Part shown: positions 30,719 to 42,402 of the stretch, one piece after another | Layout: each line of letters opens with the position of its first letter | How positions within the stretch are numbered: the stretch's first letter is position 1 | Assembly: GCA_037189525.1 (NCBI GenBank) | Contig: JBBCJC010000002.1 | Location: 1,152,001 to 1,216,000, forward strand | From: Gemmatimonadales bacterium | GTDB lineage: Bacteria > Gemmatimonadota > Gemmatimonadetes > Gemmatimonadales > GWC2-71-9 | Direction of reading: 5' to 3' | Length of the DNA stretch: 64,000 nt | Notes under the pieces: generated by a model | Seen by the model: the letters and a program-made list of their open reading frames with translations, nothing else | Database searches by the model: none | What the model was told of the DNA's origin: nothing | Made by a program: the position numbers and the translations under genes

Positions 30719-30841
30719 AACCCTGAAAACTAATCGGACCGGACGGTTTGCCGCCCTCTTTCGTGGCTGAAATCCAACCACGGCCCCTTCCGAATGGGGG
30801 ACACCGCCCGTATCGTCCTGCCCTCACACCGCACGCGAGAA

Positions 30842-31768
30842 ATGATGGGACGTTCAGCACTGCTGGTGCTCGCTCTGGGAATGGTCGGCTGCAAGGCGTC
30901 GTCTCCGGCGCCGGTGCCCGAAATCGACGGCCAGGCGGCGCTCGCCTATGCCACGGCGCAGGTCGACATGGGGCCGCGCATTCCCGGATCCGAGGGCCAT
31001 CGTCGCGCCGCAGCGTGGCTCGACAGTCTCCTCCGGGTCCGCGCCGACACCGTGGTGACGCAGGCATGGACTCACGTGACGCTTCGCGGTGACTCCCTCC
31101 CGATGCGTAATCTGGTGGCTCGCTTCCGGCCGGATGCCGCGCATCGGCTGCTCTTCCTGGCGCACTGGGACACCAGGCCGATGGCCGACGCCGATACCGG
31201 GAGCCGTGCCAAGCAACCGGTGCCGGGCGCCAACGACGGCGCGTCCGGCGTGGCCGTCCTGCTGGCTATGGCCGATGCGCTGGCGGCGCGACCGCCCGAG
31301 GTCGGTGTCGATCTGCTGCTGGTCGACGGTGAGGACTACGGCGACTTCAGCGAGGACGCCGATGTGCTGATCGGCTCCCGGTACTACGCCCGCAATCAGA
31401 TCGGTCCCAAGCCGGAGTATGCCATCCTGCTCGATATGGTCGGCGGGGCCAACTCGCACTTTCGGAAAGAAGGGTATTCCGTGATTGCGGCCCCGGCCTT
31501 GGTCGATGCGGTCTGGGCCATGGCGAAGCGGATGGGATACGATGCCCTGTTCGTCGACCGGACGGGGCCTGCCATCACCGATGATCACATTCCGCTCCAG
31601 CAGGTGGGCATCCGCGCCATCGACGTGATTGCCGACTTCGGCTCGGGGACCGGCTTTCCCTACTGGCATACCGTCGACGACACAATCGACAAGCTGAGCG
31701 CCGCCACCCTCGAGGCGGTCGGCAACGTGATGATGGCGATGATTCGGGACGCGCAGCCTCAACGGTAG
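30842..31768 (+). CDS. M28 family lipoprotein, probable glutaminyl-peptide cyclotransferase
   Basis: Lipobox MVGC; AHWDTRP, GANDGASG, DGEDYG, LLDMVG, TDDHIP, WHTVDD. Confidence 0.85.
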   Translation: MMGRSALLVLALGMVGCKASSPAPVPEIDGQAALAYATAQVDMGPRIPGSEGHRRAAAWLDSLLRVRADTVVTQAWTHVTLRGDSLPMRNLVARFRPDAAHRLLFLAHWDTRPMADADTGSRAKQPVPGANDGASGVAVLLAMADALAARPPEVGVDLLLVDGEDYGDFSEDADVLIGSRYYARNQIGPKPEYAILLDMVGGANSHFRKEGYSVIAAPALVDAVWAMAKRMGYDALFVDRTGPAITDDHIPLQQVGIRAIDVIADFGSGTGFPYWHTVDDTIDKLSAATLEAVGNVMMAMIRDAQPQR

Positions 31769-31778
31769 GTGGGCAGCT

Positions 31779-31812
31779 GGGGTGGGAGGCGCTCGCGAAT
31801 GCCTCCCACCCC
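31779..31812. terminator. Hairpin terminator between convergent genes
   Basis: GGGGTGGGAGGC...GCCTCCCACCCC 12-bp perfect stem. Confidence 0.7.
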
Positions 31813-31819
31813 CGCTTGG

Positions 31820-33721
31820 TCAGAAGGTGCCGAGTTCGGTTGCTTGAATGATGAATGCCCCTTCCTGGCACACCGATGATCCTGTCAGGTTGTTGCCGTT
31901 GACCATCACGGCCCAGGTGCCGGTGGCATCCGTCGGCGGGACCCACGCCGGGTTCCAGCCGGCGAGCGCGCTCAGGTCCGGCATGGTCAGCGTAAAGGTG
32001 CCGCCGGCGGTCCACCCGGTCGTCGCGTTGACGGCGACGGTGCGGGCGCTGCCCGTCTGGTTGTACGACAAGCTCACCAGCCGCTGGTAGGGCTCCGGAA
32101 CCGTGAAGGTTGCCTCCAACCGCCGATAGGGCGCCGCGAGGGTAGTGACTATCGGGCGCGCGAGCGCCGGCGGGAGCGCCACAGTGCGGTCGGCCAAGAC
32201 CCGGAACGACTGCTGAATCAACCGGCTACCCGTGTAGCCCGTCGGTACGGTGCCCGCGCCGGCGAGTTCGCTGACGGTGAGCTGGTGGAAGTCGCTTGCC
32301 CGCTGGAGCGACGCCGGGAACCCTCGCGCGGTCATGGTGGTGGTCGTCGGCGCGGCAGACTGGTACAGTGCCCCGATGTGGCAAGCGGCGCCGGTGTAGT
32401 ACGACATGGTATGGCTGAGGCCCGTTTCCGACTGTTGGCCGGTGACGGTGATCGCGGCAGTCGCCGGCGTGAACGAATCCGGTCCCTCGAAGTCGACTAC
32501 ACCCACCGAGCCGTTGTTCGGGATGTCCTGGTCCCGTTTGATGAAGCCGCGGTCAGGATTCCCGGGCGTACCCAGGATCTCCGCGAGCGAGTTGTGCCGC
32601 CAGCCGGTGAGATCGGCGCTCCCCTCTTTGACCTGTGTGATCGAGAACGTGGTGTTGGGATGGGAGGCGTTGCCCGCGCCCCCGCCGAGCCAGATCTGGG
32701 CGAAGTCGTTGGTACCCATCCCGGCCACCGTGCCCAATACGACCTTGGTCTGCCCGAGCGTGCCGCAGAAAAAGCTATCGGCATGTGTCAGCTCGGTCCG
32801 CGACATGTACTGCACGATGAACGTCGTCCCCAGCGGGAACGCGATGCCGCCCCGATCGGCCGAGACGGTGAAGCGGTAGACGTTGTTGGTCGGCGTCACC
32901 ACGCTCCACGGTCCGGTGCCGTTCTGGACCGCAAACCAGGTGGGACGGAGCGGGCAGGTGGACAGATCGAGGACGACCTCGTTGCTGCCGCTCCCGCCGG
33001 CCGTGATGGACACCTGGACGGTGGTGGTCCGCTCCGGTAGCCCCGCAGCGGTGCCGCGGATGGTGAGCGTGTGGGTCCCGACAGCCAGGCCGGCCGCGGC
33101 GGTCAGCGTGAGTGTGCTGCTGGCGCCCGTGGTGCTGGCCGGCGCGAACGCCGTCGTGAGCCCGCTTGGTGCGCCGGTTACCGCGAGCGCCACGGATCCG
33201 CTGAAGCCGCCGGTCCGCGTGATGGAGACACTGGTGGTCCCGGCCGCGCCCTGCGCAACGGTGACCTGAGCCGGCGCCGCCGCGAGGGTGTAGCTCCCGG
33301 TGACGGCGGCCTGCACCGTCAACGCGAACGAGGCCGTCGCGGTGCTGACCCCGCTGCCGGCTGCGCGAACGGTCAGGTTGTACGTACCTGGCGTCGTCGT
33401 ATTCGCCACGCTGATCGTCACGGTGGCGGTCGTGCTGGTGCCGGACGTCGACGGGGTGCCGACCGTGCCGCTGACGCCAGCCGGCGCGCCGTCGACGGTA
33501 AACGTGACGGCGCCGGTGTATCCGCCGCTCCGCGCCAATGTGGCGGTCACGTCATGGGTGCCGCCCGCCGTGACGGTGGCGCTGGTCCCGCTCAAGGTGA
33601 GGGCGATGGCCGGATTGGGGCCGGGGCCGGTGCCTCCGTCGTCGCCCGAACTGCATGCGGCCAACCCGGCCAAGGCGATCAGGCTCGCAGCTCGACCGAG
33701 CCGGTTCGTGATGAGATGCAT
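31820..33721 (-). CDS. Thr/Gly-rich surface lipoprotein with two tandem Ig-like repeats
   Basis: Lipobox LAAC; two about 100-aa repeats (RSGGYTGAVTFTVDGAPAG / RTGGFSGSVALAVTGAPSG); GGAG SD. Confidence 0.8.
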   Translation of the reverse strand: MHLITNRLGRAASLIALAGLAACSSGDDGGTGPGPNPAIALTLSGTSATVTAGGTHDVTATLARSGGYTGAVTFTVDGAPAGVSGTVGTPSTSGTSTTATVTISVANTTTPGTYNLTVRAAGSGVSTATASFALTVQAAVTGSYTLAAAPAQVTVAQGAAGTTSVSITRTGGFSGSVALAVTGAPSGLTTAFAPASTTGASSTLTLTAAAGLAVGTHTLTIRGTAAGLPERTTTVQVSITAGGSGSNEVVLDLSTCPLRPTWFAVQNGTGPWSVVTPTNNVYRFTVSADRGGIAFPLGTTFIVQYMSRTELTHADSFFCGTLGQTKVVLGTVAGMGTNDFAQIWLGGGAGNASHPNTTFSITQVKEGSADLTGWRHNSLAEILGTPGNPDRGFIKRDQDIPNNGSVGVVDFEGPDSFTPATAAITVTGQQSETGLSHTMSYYTGAACHIGALYQSAAPTTTTMTARGFPASLQRASDFHQLTVSELAGAGTVPTGYTGSRLIQQSFRVLADRTVALPPALARPIVTTLAAPYRRLEATFTVPEPYQRLVSLSYNQTGSARTVAVNATTGWTAGGTFTLTMPDLSALAGWNPAWVPPTDATGTWAVMVNGNNLTGSSVCQEGAFIIQATELGTF

Positions 33722-33936
33722 TGGAGTTCTCCCTGCGAAAATGAAGAGCTGTACCGGAGCGGGGCCGAGGCCCACGTCCGGTCTTGCCGGTCGTTACGGA
33801 AAAGGGAGGCGATAACCGTCAGATTGGGTCGAGGCTCGGGGTGGGTCGGCTGCCAGAACGGCGAATCGCAATACGAGGCACCTCATTGCGTAAAACCGGT
33901 TATGGAGGGGCTCCGATCGGGGATATCCTGGGGGGC

Positions 33937-34647
33937 ATGTCACCCAAAGAACGTCTTGCGATTGCCTCGCTGCTGGTGGTTGCCGTACTGGGCCATGCTT
34001 TACGGGCCGTGGCCCTTGGTCCGGCCGAGGCTCCGGGCGGGCTCGAGCTCCTGGCCGGGGGCGCCCCCGCCGATCCGGCTGGGCATCGGGCGGCCTCGGC
34101 CCGTCTGGGCCGGCCTCTCGCGGCGGACGAACGGATCGACCTCAACCAGGCCCCGGTGGCCGAACTGACCCGGTTGCCCAAGGTCGGACCCGGACTGGCC
34201 CGGCGGATCGTCAGGGAACGGGACAGCCTGGGAGGGTTTGGGTCGCTAGCCGAGGTGGATGCGGTCTCGGGGGTGGGACCCGCTCTGCTCCAGGCAATCG
34301 GCCCCCATGTTACCCTGGGCGACACCCTCCGGGTGCAGGCGCGGCGGCCGCGATCGCGCGGGGTCTCGGTTCCGCCTCCGGCGCCACTTCCGCCGTTGAT
34401 CGTGGCCAGCCCGGAAGGTCCGTCCCGGAGCGGACCCAAGTCCGCATCGGGGCCGCCGGTCCGGCTCAACTCGGCGAGCCAGGCGGAGTTGGAGCGTCTG
34501 CCTGGAATCGGCCCGAGTCGTGCAAAAGCCATTGTGGCATATCGCCAAAGGCACGGGCCATTCGCGTCGGTTGCGGACCTGGCCCGGGTACCAGGAATTA
34601 CCCGGCGGCTGGTAACTCTATTGGCGCCTCAAGTTGCGGTCCCGTGA
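33937..34647 (+). CDS. comEA: ComEA family DNA-binding protein with two HhH domains
   Basis: IDLNQAPVAELTRLPKVGPGLARRIV and VRLNSASQAELERLPGIGPSRAKAIV; N-terminal TM. Confidence 0.88.
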   Translation: MSPKERLAIASLLVVAVLGHALRAVALGPAEAPGGLELLAGGAPADPAGHRAASARLGRPLAADERIDLNQAPVAELTRLPKVGPGLARRIVRERDSLGGFGSLAEVDAVSGVGPALLQAIGPHVTLGDTLRVQARRPRSRGVSVPPPAPLPPLIVASPEGPSRSGPKSASGPPVRLNSASQAELERLPGIGPSRAKAIVAYRQRHGPFASVADLARVPGITRRLVTLLAPQVAVP

Positions 34648-34766
34648 TCCGATAGCTCGACTGGCACCAGATTCGTAGTAGGTAGCTGCCTGACCCCTGG
34701 TCGGTCGATGCAAAATCTTGCACTTTGAACGAATCCCTGGGCGGGAAAGAGGTTCACGAAGGCACG

Positions 34767-36499
<1,733 letters not shown>

Positions 36500-36503
<4 letters not shown>

Positions 36504-37690
36504 GCGAGAACGATCTACGGGTGCACGAAGGCGCGGCGGGGGCTCCGGCTGGGCAGAACCGTCTCAATCTCCGGTCGCTGCTCCAGGAGATGATCGACAA
36601 GGACGCCTCCGACCTCCACATCACCGCCGGCGAGCGGCCCAAGCTGCGGATCGACGGCGACATCGGCGACTGTTCGGTCGATCATGTCCTGACCCCGAAG
36701 GACACCATTCAGCTGGCCTACTCGGTTCTGACCGAGTCGCAGAAGAAGCGGTTCGAACTCGACGACGAGCTCGATTTCTCGTTCGGGATCCAGAATCTGG
36801 CGCGGTTCCGCGGCAACGTCTTCAAGCAGCGCGGGTGCGTGGCCATGGTGCTCCGGATGATTCCCTTCAGCGTCCGGACCTTCGACGAACTCGGCCTGCC
36901 CCCGGTCATGGCCCGTCTCTCCGAGCGGCCGCGCGGGTTGATCCTGGTGACCGGCCCGACCGGCTCCGGTAAATCGACCACGCTTGCCGCGATGGTCGAC
37001 AAGATCAACAAGGATCGGAAAGGCCACATCATCACGGTCGAAGATCCGATCGAGTTCATCCATCGCCATCAGAGCTGCATCGTCAACCAGCGCGAGGTGG
37101 GCACCGATACCAAGTCCTTCTCGGCGGCCCTCAAATACGCCTTGCGAGAGGACCCGGACGTGATTCTGGTCGGCGAAATGCGCGACCTGGAAACGGTCGC
37201 GGCCGCGCTGACGATTGCGGAAACTGGCCACCTCGTGCTGGCCACTTTGCACACCAACTCGGCGGCGGAGTCGATCAACCGTATCATCGACGTCTTCCCG
37301 CACAACCAGCAGTCGCAGATCCGGGCCCAGCTGGCGTTCGTGCTGGAGGGGGTCGTGACCCAGACGCTGCTGCAGCGGGCTCGGGGACGCGGACGCGTCA
37401 TGGCGTGCGAGATCATGGTGGCCACGCCGGCGATCCGGGCGCTGATCCGCGACGACAAAATCCATCAGATCTATTCGGCGCTGCAGTCCGGCAAGAAGCA
37501 CGGAATGCAGACCATGACCGATTCTCTGTATCAGCTGTACATGACGCGAGAAGTCATCAAGGAAGAGTGCCTTCGGGTCGCGCAGGAGCCCAACGAGTTC
37601 CTGCGCATGATCGGCGAGAAGCCCATGGACGAACAGGCCATTGCCGAACTGCCCAAGGAAAAGAGCGACCGCGTGCTGGCTCGGCGATAG
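36500..37690 (+). CDS. pilT: Type IV pilus retraction ATPase
   Basis: ASDLHIT, GPTGSGKSTT, ALREDPD, AIRALIRD (AIRNLIRE-like), GMQT. Confidence 0.96.
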
Positions 37691-37708
37691 CGAGGCAAGG
37701 ACCAAGAT

Positions 37709-38917
37709 ATGGCCGTATTCGAGTATACCGCGAAGAACACGACGAGCGGGCAGATCATGAAGGGTACCCTCGACGTCCCGTCCAAGGACGACGTCATGGC
37801 GTACCTCAAGAAGAATCGACTGCTGCTGGTGACGGTTCGCGAACAGCCCAAACAGTATTCCTTCAAGATGCCGGGTGCCAATCGGGTCACCACCCGCGAC
37901 CTCGTCATCTTCACGCGTCAGTTTGCCACCATGATCAACGCGGGTCTGCCCCTGGTGCAGTCCCTCAACATCCTGGCGCAGCAAACGGAGAACAAGACGC
38001 TCAAGGACATCGTCAAGCAGGTCGTCTTCGACGTCGAGGCCGGTAATACGCTGGCCGATGCCTTCCGGAAGCATCCCAAGGCATTCCCCGATCTCTACGT
38101 CAACATGGTGGCCGCGGGCGAGGCGGGCGGTATTCTCGATACCATCCTGCTCCGGCTGGCGACCTTCCTCGAGAAGAACGACGCCCTGATCCGCAAGGTC
38201 AAAGGCGCGATGGTCTATCCGGCCGTAATCATTTCGGTGGCCGTGATTGCCATCGCAGTCTTGCTGATCTTCGTGATCCCGACCTTCGAGTCCATGTTCG
38301 CGTCGGTGGCGATGGAACTGCCGTTGCCCACCCGGATCGTGATCGGGCTCTCGAACGGCTTGATCCAATGGTGGTGGCTCATGCTAGGCGGTATTGCGGC
38401 GGCTGTCTTCCTCTTCCGGCAGTACTATTTGACATCGAACGGGCGGCGTACCGTCGATGGCGCATTGCTGCGCGCCCCGGTCGTCGGCGACCTGCTCCGC
38501 AAGTCGGCGGTGTCCCGGTTCACCCGCACGCTCGGCACCCTGATCTCCTCCGGTGTCTCGATTCTCGATGGTCTCGAAATCACGGCCAAGACGGCGGGCA
38601 ACCGCGTCATTCACGATGCCGTGATGCAGTCCCGCGCCTCGATCGCCGGCGGTGATACCATTGCCGGGCCGCTCCAGGCGTCCAACGTCTTCCCGCCGAT
38701 GGTGATCTCGATGATCGCGGTCGGTGAGCAGACGGGTGGCCTCGACGACATGTTGTCCAAGATCGCCGACTTCTATGACGCCGAGGTGGACGTGGCGGTG
38801 AGCGCGCTGCTCTCGCTCATGGAGCCGATCATGATCGTGGTGCTCGGCGTGATCGTCGGCGGCATGGTGGTGGCGATGTACCTGCCGATCTTCGACATGG
38901 TCAACGCCGTCCAGTAA
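37709..38917 (+). CDS. pilC: Type IV pilus inner-membrane platform protein
   Basis: FTRQFATMINAGLPL, AGEAGGILD, VGEQTGGLD, AMYLPIF. Confidence 0.96.
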   Translation: MAVFEYTAKNTTSGQIMKGTLDVPSKDDVMAYLKKNRLLLVTVREQPKQYSFKMPGANRVTTRDLVIFTRQFATMINAGLPLVQSLNILAQQTENKTLKDIVKQVVFDVEAGNTLADAFRKHPKAFPDLYVNMVAAGEAGGILDTILLRLATFLEKNDALIRKVKGAMVYPAVIISVAVIAIAVLLIFVIPTFESMFASVAMELPLPTRIVIGLSNGLIQWWWLMLGGIAAAVFLFRQYYLTSNGRRTVDGALLRAPVVGDLLRKSAVSRFTRTLGTLISSGVSILDGLEITAKTAGNRVIHDAVMQSRASIAGGDTIAGPLQASNVFPPMVISMIAVGEQTGGLDDMLSKIADFYDAEVDVAVSALLSLMEPIMIVVLGVIVGGMVVAMYLPIFDMVNAVQ

Positions 38918-38940
38918 CCCCATCGGAGCAGGGCAAGGAG

Positions 38941-38980
38941 AGCGCGGCGGTCCGTTTCGGCGGGCCGCCGCGCTTGGTTT
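38941..38980 (+). terminator. Intrinsic terminator after pilC
   Basis: 14-bp GC stem AGCGCGGCGGTCCG/CGGGCCGCCGCGCT followed by TGGTTT. Confidence 0.65.
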
Positions 38981-39032
38981 GGGGGGGGGCGGCGCTACCC
39001 CTTGTGCTTTTATGGGAGCGTGTCATCTTCCT

Positions 39033-39049
39033 CCCTAAGGCAATTAGGG
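39033..39049. promoter_or_regulatory. Palindromic operator, probable PadR autoregulatory site
   Basis: CCCTAA-GGCAA-TTAGGG immediately upstream of padR, overlapping its SD. Confidence 0.6.
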
Positions 39050-39055
39050 GAAAGC

Positions 39056-39400
39056 ATGGCCGGTCTCGATCTGCTGCAAGGCACCCTGGATATCCTGATC
39101 CTGCGTACGTTGTCGTGGGGACGTCCGCTCCACGGGTATGCGATTTCCACCTGGATCAAGGAGCAGACCGACGAGGCCCTCCTCGTCGAAGAGGGCGCGC
39201 TGTATCCGGCGCTCCACCGCCTCGAGAAGCGAGGCTTGCTCGATTCGGAATGGGGCCTCTCGGAAAACAACCGGCGCGCCAAATACTATCGGCTGACGGC
39301 CAAGGGCCGCCGTGAGCTGCGATCGGCCACCGCGGAATGGGACCGCTACGTCGAGGCCGTCGCCAAAGTGTTGCGGCCCGCCGAGCGGCCGGCCCGCTGA
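39056..39400 (+). CDS. PadR family transcriptional regulator (acidobacterial type)
   Basis: LLQGTLDILIL, HGYAI, EEGALYPALHRLE, SENNRRAKYYRLT. Confidence 0.95.
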   Translation: MAGLDLLQGTLDILILRTLSWGRPLHGYAISTWIKEQTDEALLVEEGALYPALHRLEKRGLLDSEWGLSENNRRAKYYRLTAKGRRELRSATAEWDRYVEAVAKVLRPAERPAR

Positions 39401-42117
39401 TGCGCAAGATCTTCCGCCTGGCGGGCCGGGAACCGCAGGTCGACGACGAGATCCGGGACGAACTCGAAAGCCATCTCGCTTTCAAGATCGATGCGCTGAT
39501 ACAGTCGGGGATGTCGCGCGAAGATGCCGAGTCCGAAGCGCGGCGCCAGCTCGGATCGATGACCGATGCAATGCGGCAAACCAAGGCCCAAGCCGTTGCG
39601 CATCGTCGGCGCCGGCGGGTCGGGGAGTGGTGGGCCTCGTGGGTCCTCGATCTTCGGCTCGTGCTTCGCTCGCTCCGGCGGGCGCCGGGCTATACCGCAG
39701 CGGCGTCGGCCATCCTGGCGCTCGGGATCGGGGCCACCTTGGCCGTCGTCGCCATTGCCGATCGGCTGCTGTTCACCCCGCTACCGTTTTCCGCTGCCGA
39801 TCGCGTCGTGGTGATGTTCGAGGGGCATCAGACGGGTGGCGGACTTCGTTTGCCGTCCTACCCCACCGTGCAGGACTGGGAGGCGCAGGCCACCGATTTC
39901 GAACGGATTGCCTACGTCCCCGGCACCCAGATGATCTGGCGGCGCCCCGAGGCGGCGGAGGCGATCCTGGTCGCCTTTCCGACTGCGGGATTCTTCGAGG
40001 CGTTGGGCACGCCGCCGCTGCTCGGCCGGGTCCTGACACGGGAAGATGACACCGGCGGGTCACGCGTTGCGGTGATCGGGTACGACTTCTGGCGTCGCTA
40101 CTTCGGGAGCGACCGGAGCGTCATCGGAACCACCCTCACGCTGGCCGAGGGCCCTGTCACCGTGGTCGGCGTGATGCCGCCGGGATTTCAGCTGCCGTAC
40201 TGGGCGCAGATATATCTGCCGTTCCGGACCCTCCCGGCTGCGGACCAGGCGGTGGTGGCGTACCGGGACAATCACGCCGACGGGTTGGTGGTAGGCCGGA
40301 TGGCCCCGGGCGCCACGCTTCCCCAGGCGCAGGCATCGCTGGGGATCGTTGCGCAGCGTCTGGCGGAAGCGTATCCGGTCGAACAGGAGGGCTGGACTCG
40401 GGCAACCCTCATTCCGATTCGGGATTTCCTCTACGATCCGGTGTCCTACACCAGACGCGGCGTGCCCAATCCGGTGCGAACCGTGCTGCTGTTCGGGAGT
40501 GGCGTTGCGCTGGTTCTGTTGATTGCCTGTGCCAACGTCGCGGGGCTCGCGATGGTACGGGCGCAGGCGGTCGAACGGGAACTGGCGGTACGGGCCGCGC
40601 TCGGCGCCAGGCGGGGCTCGCTGATCCGGCTCCGTCTGCTCGAAAGCGGGGTCGTGGCGCTATTCGGTGCGGTACTTGGGCTTCTGCTGGCCGGCGTCCT
40701 GCTGCGTGTGCTCCAGCGGGCGGCGCCCGATCTGCTGCCTCGGCTGGAGGAAGTGCAGATCGAGCCGAGGCTCGCATTGGCGGCGGTGGCGCTGGCGGCG
40801 GCTGCGGCGCTGCTCAGCGGTCTCATTCCCGCCCTCCGTGCCACCCGCGGACCGGTTGCGGATCTGGTCAAGGTCGGTCGCAGCAGCTCGGCGGGCCGGC
40901 AGACTCGTGCGCAGCAGGCGTTGGTCGTGGCGCAGGTCGGGCTCGCGGTGACGCTGCTGGTGGGCGCGGCGGTCCTGACCCGAAGCCTGATTCGCGTGGC
41001 CAACGCGCCGATCGGCTTCGAACCGGACGGACTGATTGGACTCAACGTCCAGCCGGACCTGGCCCGTTATCGGACCCCCGAAGCGACGCTCGAACTGTAC
41101 CGGCGGGTGCTGGATGAGGTGCAGCGGACGCCGGGAGTCGCCGCAGCGGCGCTGGTGAATCATGCGCCGATCTCGCGAGCCGGCATCGCGACGCGGCTGG
41201 TGGTCGAGGGTCATGCGGAGCAACCGGGTGCGCCGGCCCCGCAGGCGGCGTTTCGCCTGGTCTCGCCCGAGTACTTCGAGACCATGAGGATTCCGATCCT
41301 CCGCGGGCGCGGCTTTACGGAGGCCGACCTCGCCGGGCCCAACGACGGCCTGATCATCAACGCCGCGCTGGCTCGACGGCATTTCCAGGGCGCGGACCCG
41401 TTGGGGCGGCGGATCACGGTCTTCCGCGCGGCGCGCTGGCTGCCTGACGTGGGTACCCCGATCAGCGGTGTCGTCGTCGGCGTGGTGGGAGACGTTCGCC
41501 ACTTCGGTGCCGAGGCCGATCCGTCGGAGGAGGTCTATCTCCCGTATACCTGGAACCCCTGGGCGTTTACCGGGGTTGTAGTGCGCACGACCGGCGCGCC
41601 GGATGCCCTGGTCGAGCCGCTCTGGCGCGCGGTGGCGGCCATCGACCCCGATCTGCCTCGAGCGAGCGGGGGTCAGCCCAACGTGGCGACGTTCGCGCAA
41701 CGGCTGGTGACCGATCGGGCTCCGCGGAATGCGATGACGGTCGCGGCCATCGGGGTGGCCGCGACGGCGTTCGTGCTGGCGATCGTCGGGTTGTACGGAG
41801 TCGTGGCCTACGCGGTCGGGCTCCGGCGCCGTGAAATCGGGGTGCGGAGTGCCCTCGGCGCCGATACCGGAATGGTACTCGGCCTGATCATGCGTGAAGG
41901 GATCGGGCTTGCCCTGGTCGGAGCCGGGCTCGGCGTGGTCGGCGGGTGGTTCGCTGCCACGCTCCTCGAGAATCTGGTCTATGGTGTCGGCGTCCGGGAC
42001 CCGGTGGCGTTCGTGCTCGCGCCGCTCATCCTCCTCGTCGTGGCCGCGTTTGCAACCTATGGCCCCGCGCGACGGGCCGCTCGCCTCGATCCGGTCGAAG
42101 TGCTCAAAGGCGACTAG
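39400..42117 (+). CDS. Duplicated MacB/FtsX-type ABC permease (ADOP family)
   Basis: EIRDELESHL, DLRLVLRSLRRAPG, LIACANVA, RELAVRAALGA, REIGVRSALGA, PARRAARLDP; TGATG-coupled to padR. Confidence 0.93.
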   Translation: MRKIFRLAGREPQVDDEIRDELESHLAFKIDALIQSGMSREDAESEARRQLGSMTDAMRQTKAQAVAHRRRRRVGEWWASWVLDLRLVLRSLRRAPGYTAAASAILALGIGATLAVVAIADRLLFTPLPFSAADRVVVMFEGHQTGGGLRLPSYPTVQDWEAQATDFERIAYVPGTQMIWRRPEAAEAILVAFPTAGFFEALGTPPLLGRVLTREDDTGGSRVAVIGYDFWRRYFGSDRSVIGTTLTLAEGPVTVVGVMPPGFQLPYWAQIYLPFRTLPAADQAVVAYRDNHADGLVVGRMAPGATLPQAQASLGIVAQRLAEAYPVEQEGWTRATLIPIRDFLYDPVSYTRRGVPNPVRTVLLFGSGVALVLLIACANVAGLAMVRAQAVERELAVRAALGARRGSLIRLRLLESGVVALFGAVLGLLLAGVLLRVLQRAAPDLLPRLEEVQIEPRLALAAVALAAAAALLSGLIPALRATRGPVADLVKVGRSSSAGRQTRAQQALVVAQVGLAVTLLVGAAVLTRSLIRVANAPIGFEPDGLIGLNVQPDLARYRTPEATLELYRRVLDEVQRTPGVAAAALVNHAPISRAGIATRLVVEGHAEQPGAPAPQAAFRLVSPEYFETMRIPILRGRGFTEADLAGPNDGLIINAALARRHFQGADPLGRRITVFRAARWLPDVGTPISGVVVGVVGDVRHFGAEADPSEEVYLPYTWNPWAFTGVVVRTTGAPDALVEPLWRAVAAIDPDLPRASGGQPNVATFAQRLVTDRAPRNAMTVAAIGVAATAFVLAIVGLYGVVAYAVGLRRREIGVRSALGADTGMVLGLIMREGIGLALVGAGLGVVGGWFAATLLENLVYGVGVRDPVAFVLAPLILLVVAAFATYGPARRAARLDPVEVLKGD

Positions 42118-42196
42118 CCGCCCAACTCGCCGTCGAGCTTTCCGGACCGGTGGAGCAACGACTGCGGCATCTCAATCGTAGTATTTAGATGGGGTC

Positions 42197-42237
42197 AAAA
42201 ACGGCCCGTTCGGAAGTTCGAACGGGCCGATCGTTTG
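42197..42237. terminator. Hairpin whose U-tract lies on the minus strand
   Basis: CGGCCCGTTCG-GAAGTT-CGAACGGGCCG preceded by AAAAA. Confidence 0.55.
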
Positions 42238-42402
42238 ATCAGCGGGTAATTTGGTCACAATCCTGGCGACAAATCTGTATCCCTTGCGGTCCTTTCTCCG
42301 TAGGGGTTCGAGGTTTCATATCCCGCCGTCCTGTCGAAGGTGGTAGGATTCCACCACTCTCGATCAACCAAGCAGGCGGCGTCCACTCCACGAGGCGGCG
42401 GC

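Noticed and set aside
27936..31812. Shared GGGGTGGGA core in two hairpins as a REP/MITE family
   Set aside because: Only two short, otherwise different copies, both at convergent gene ends, consistent with ordinary terminators.
34662..34676. Sigma54 promoter upstream of pilB
   Set aside because: TGGCAC is present but the -12 element reads TCGT rather than TTGC; too weak to call.
38981..38989. G9 homopolymer as a phase-variation tract
   Set aside because: Lies outside any CDS and upstream of the likely padR -35 element, so length change has no obvious effect.
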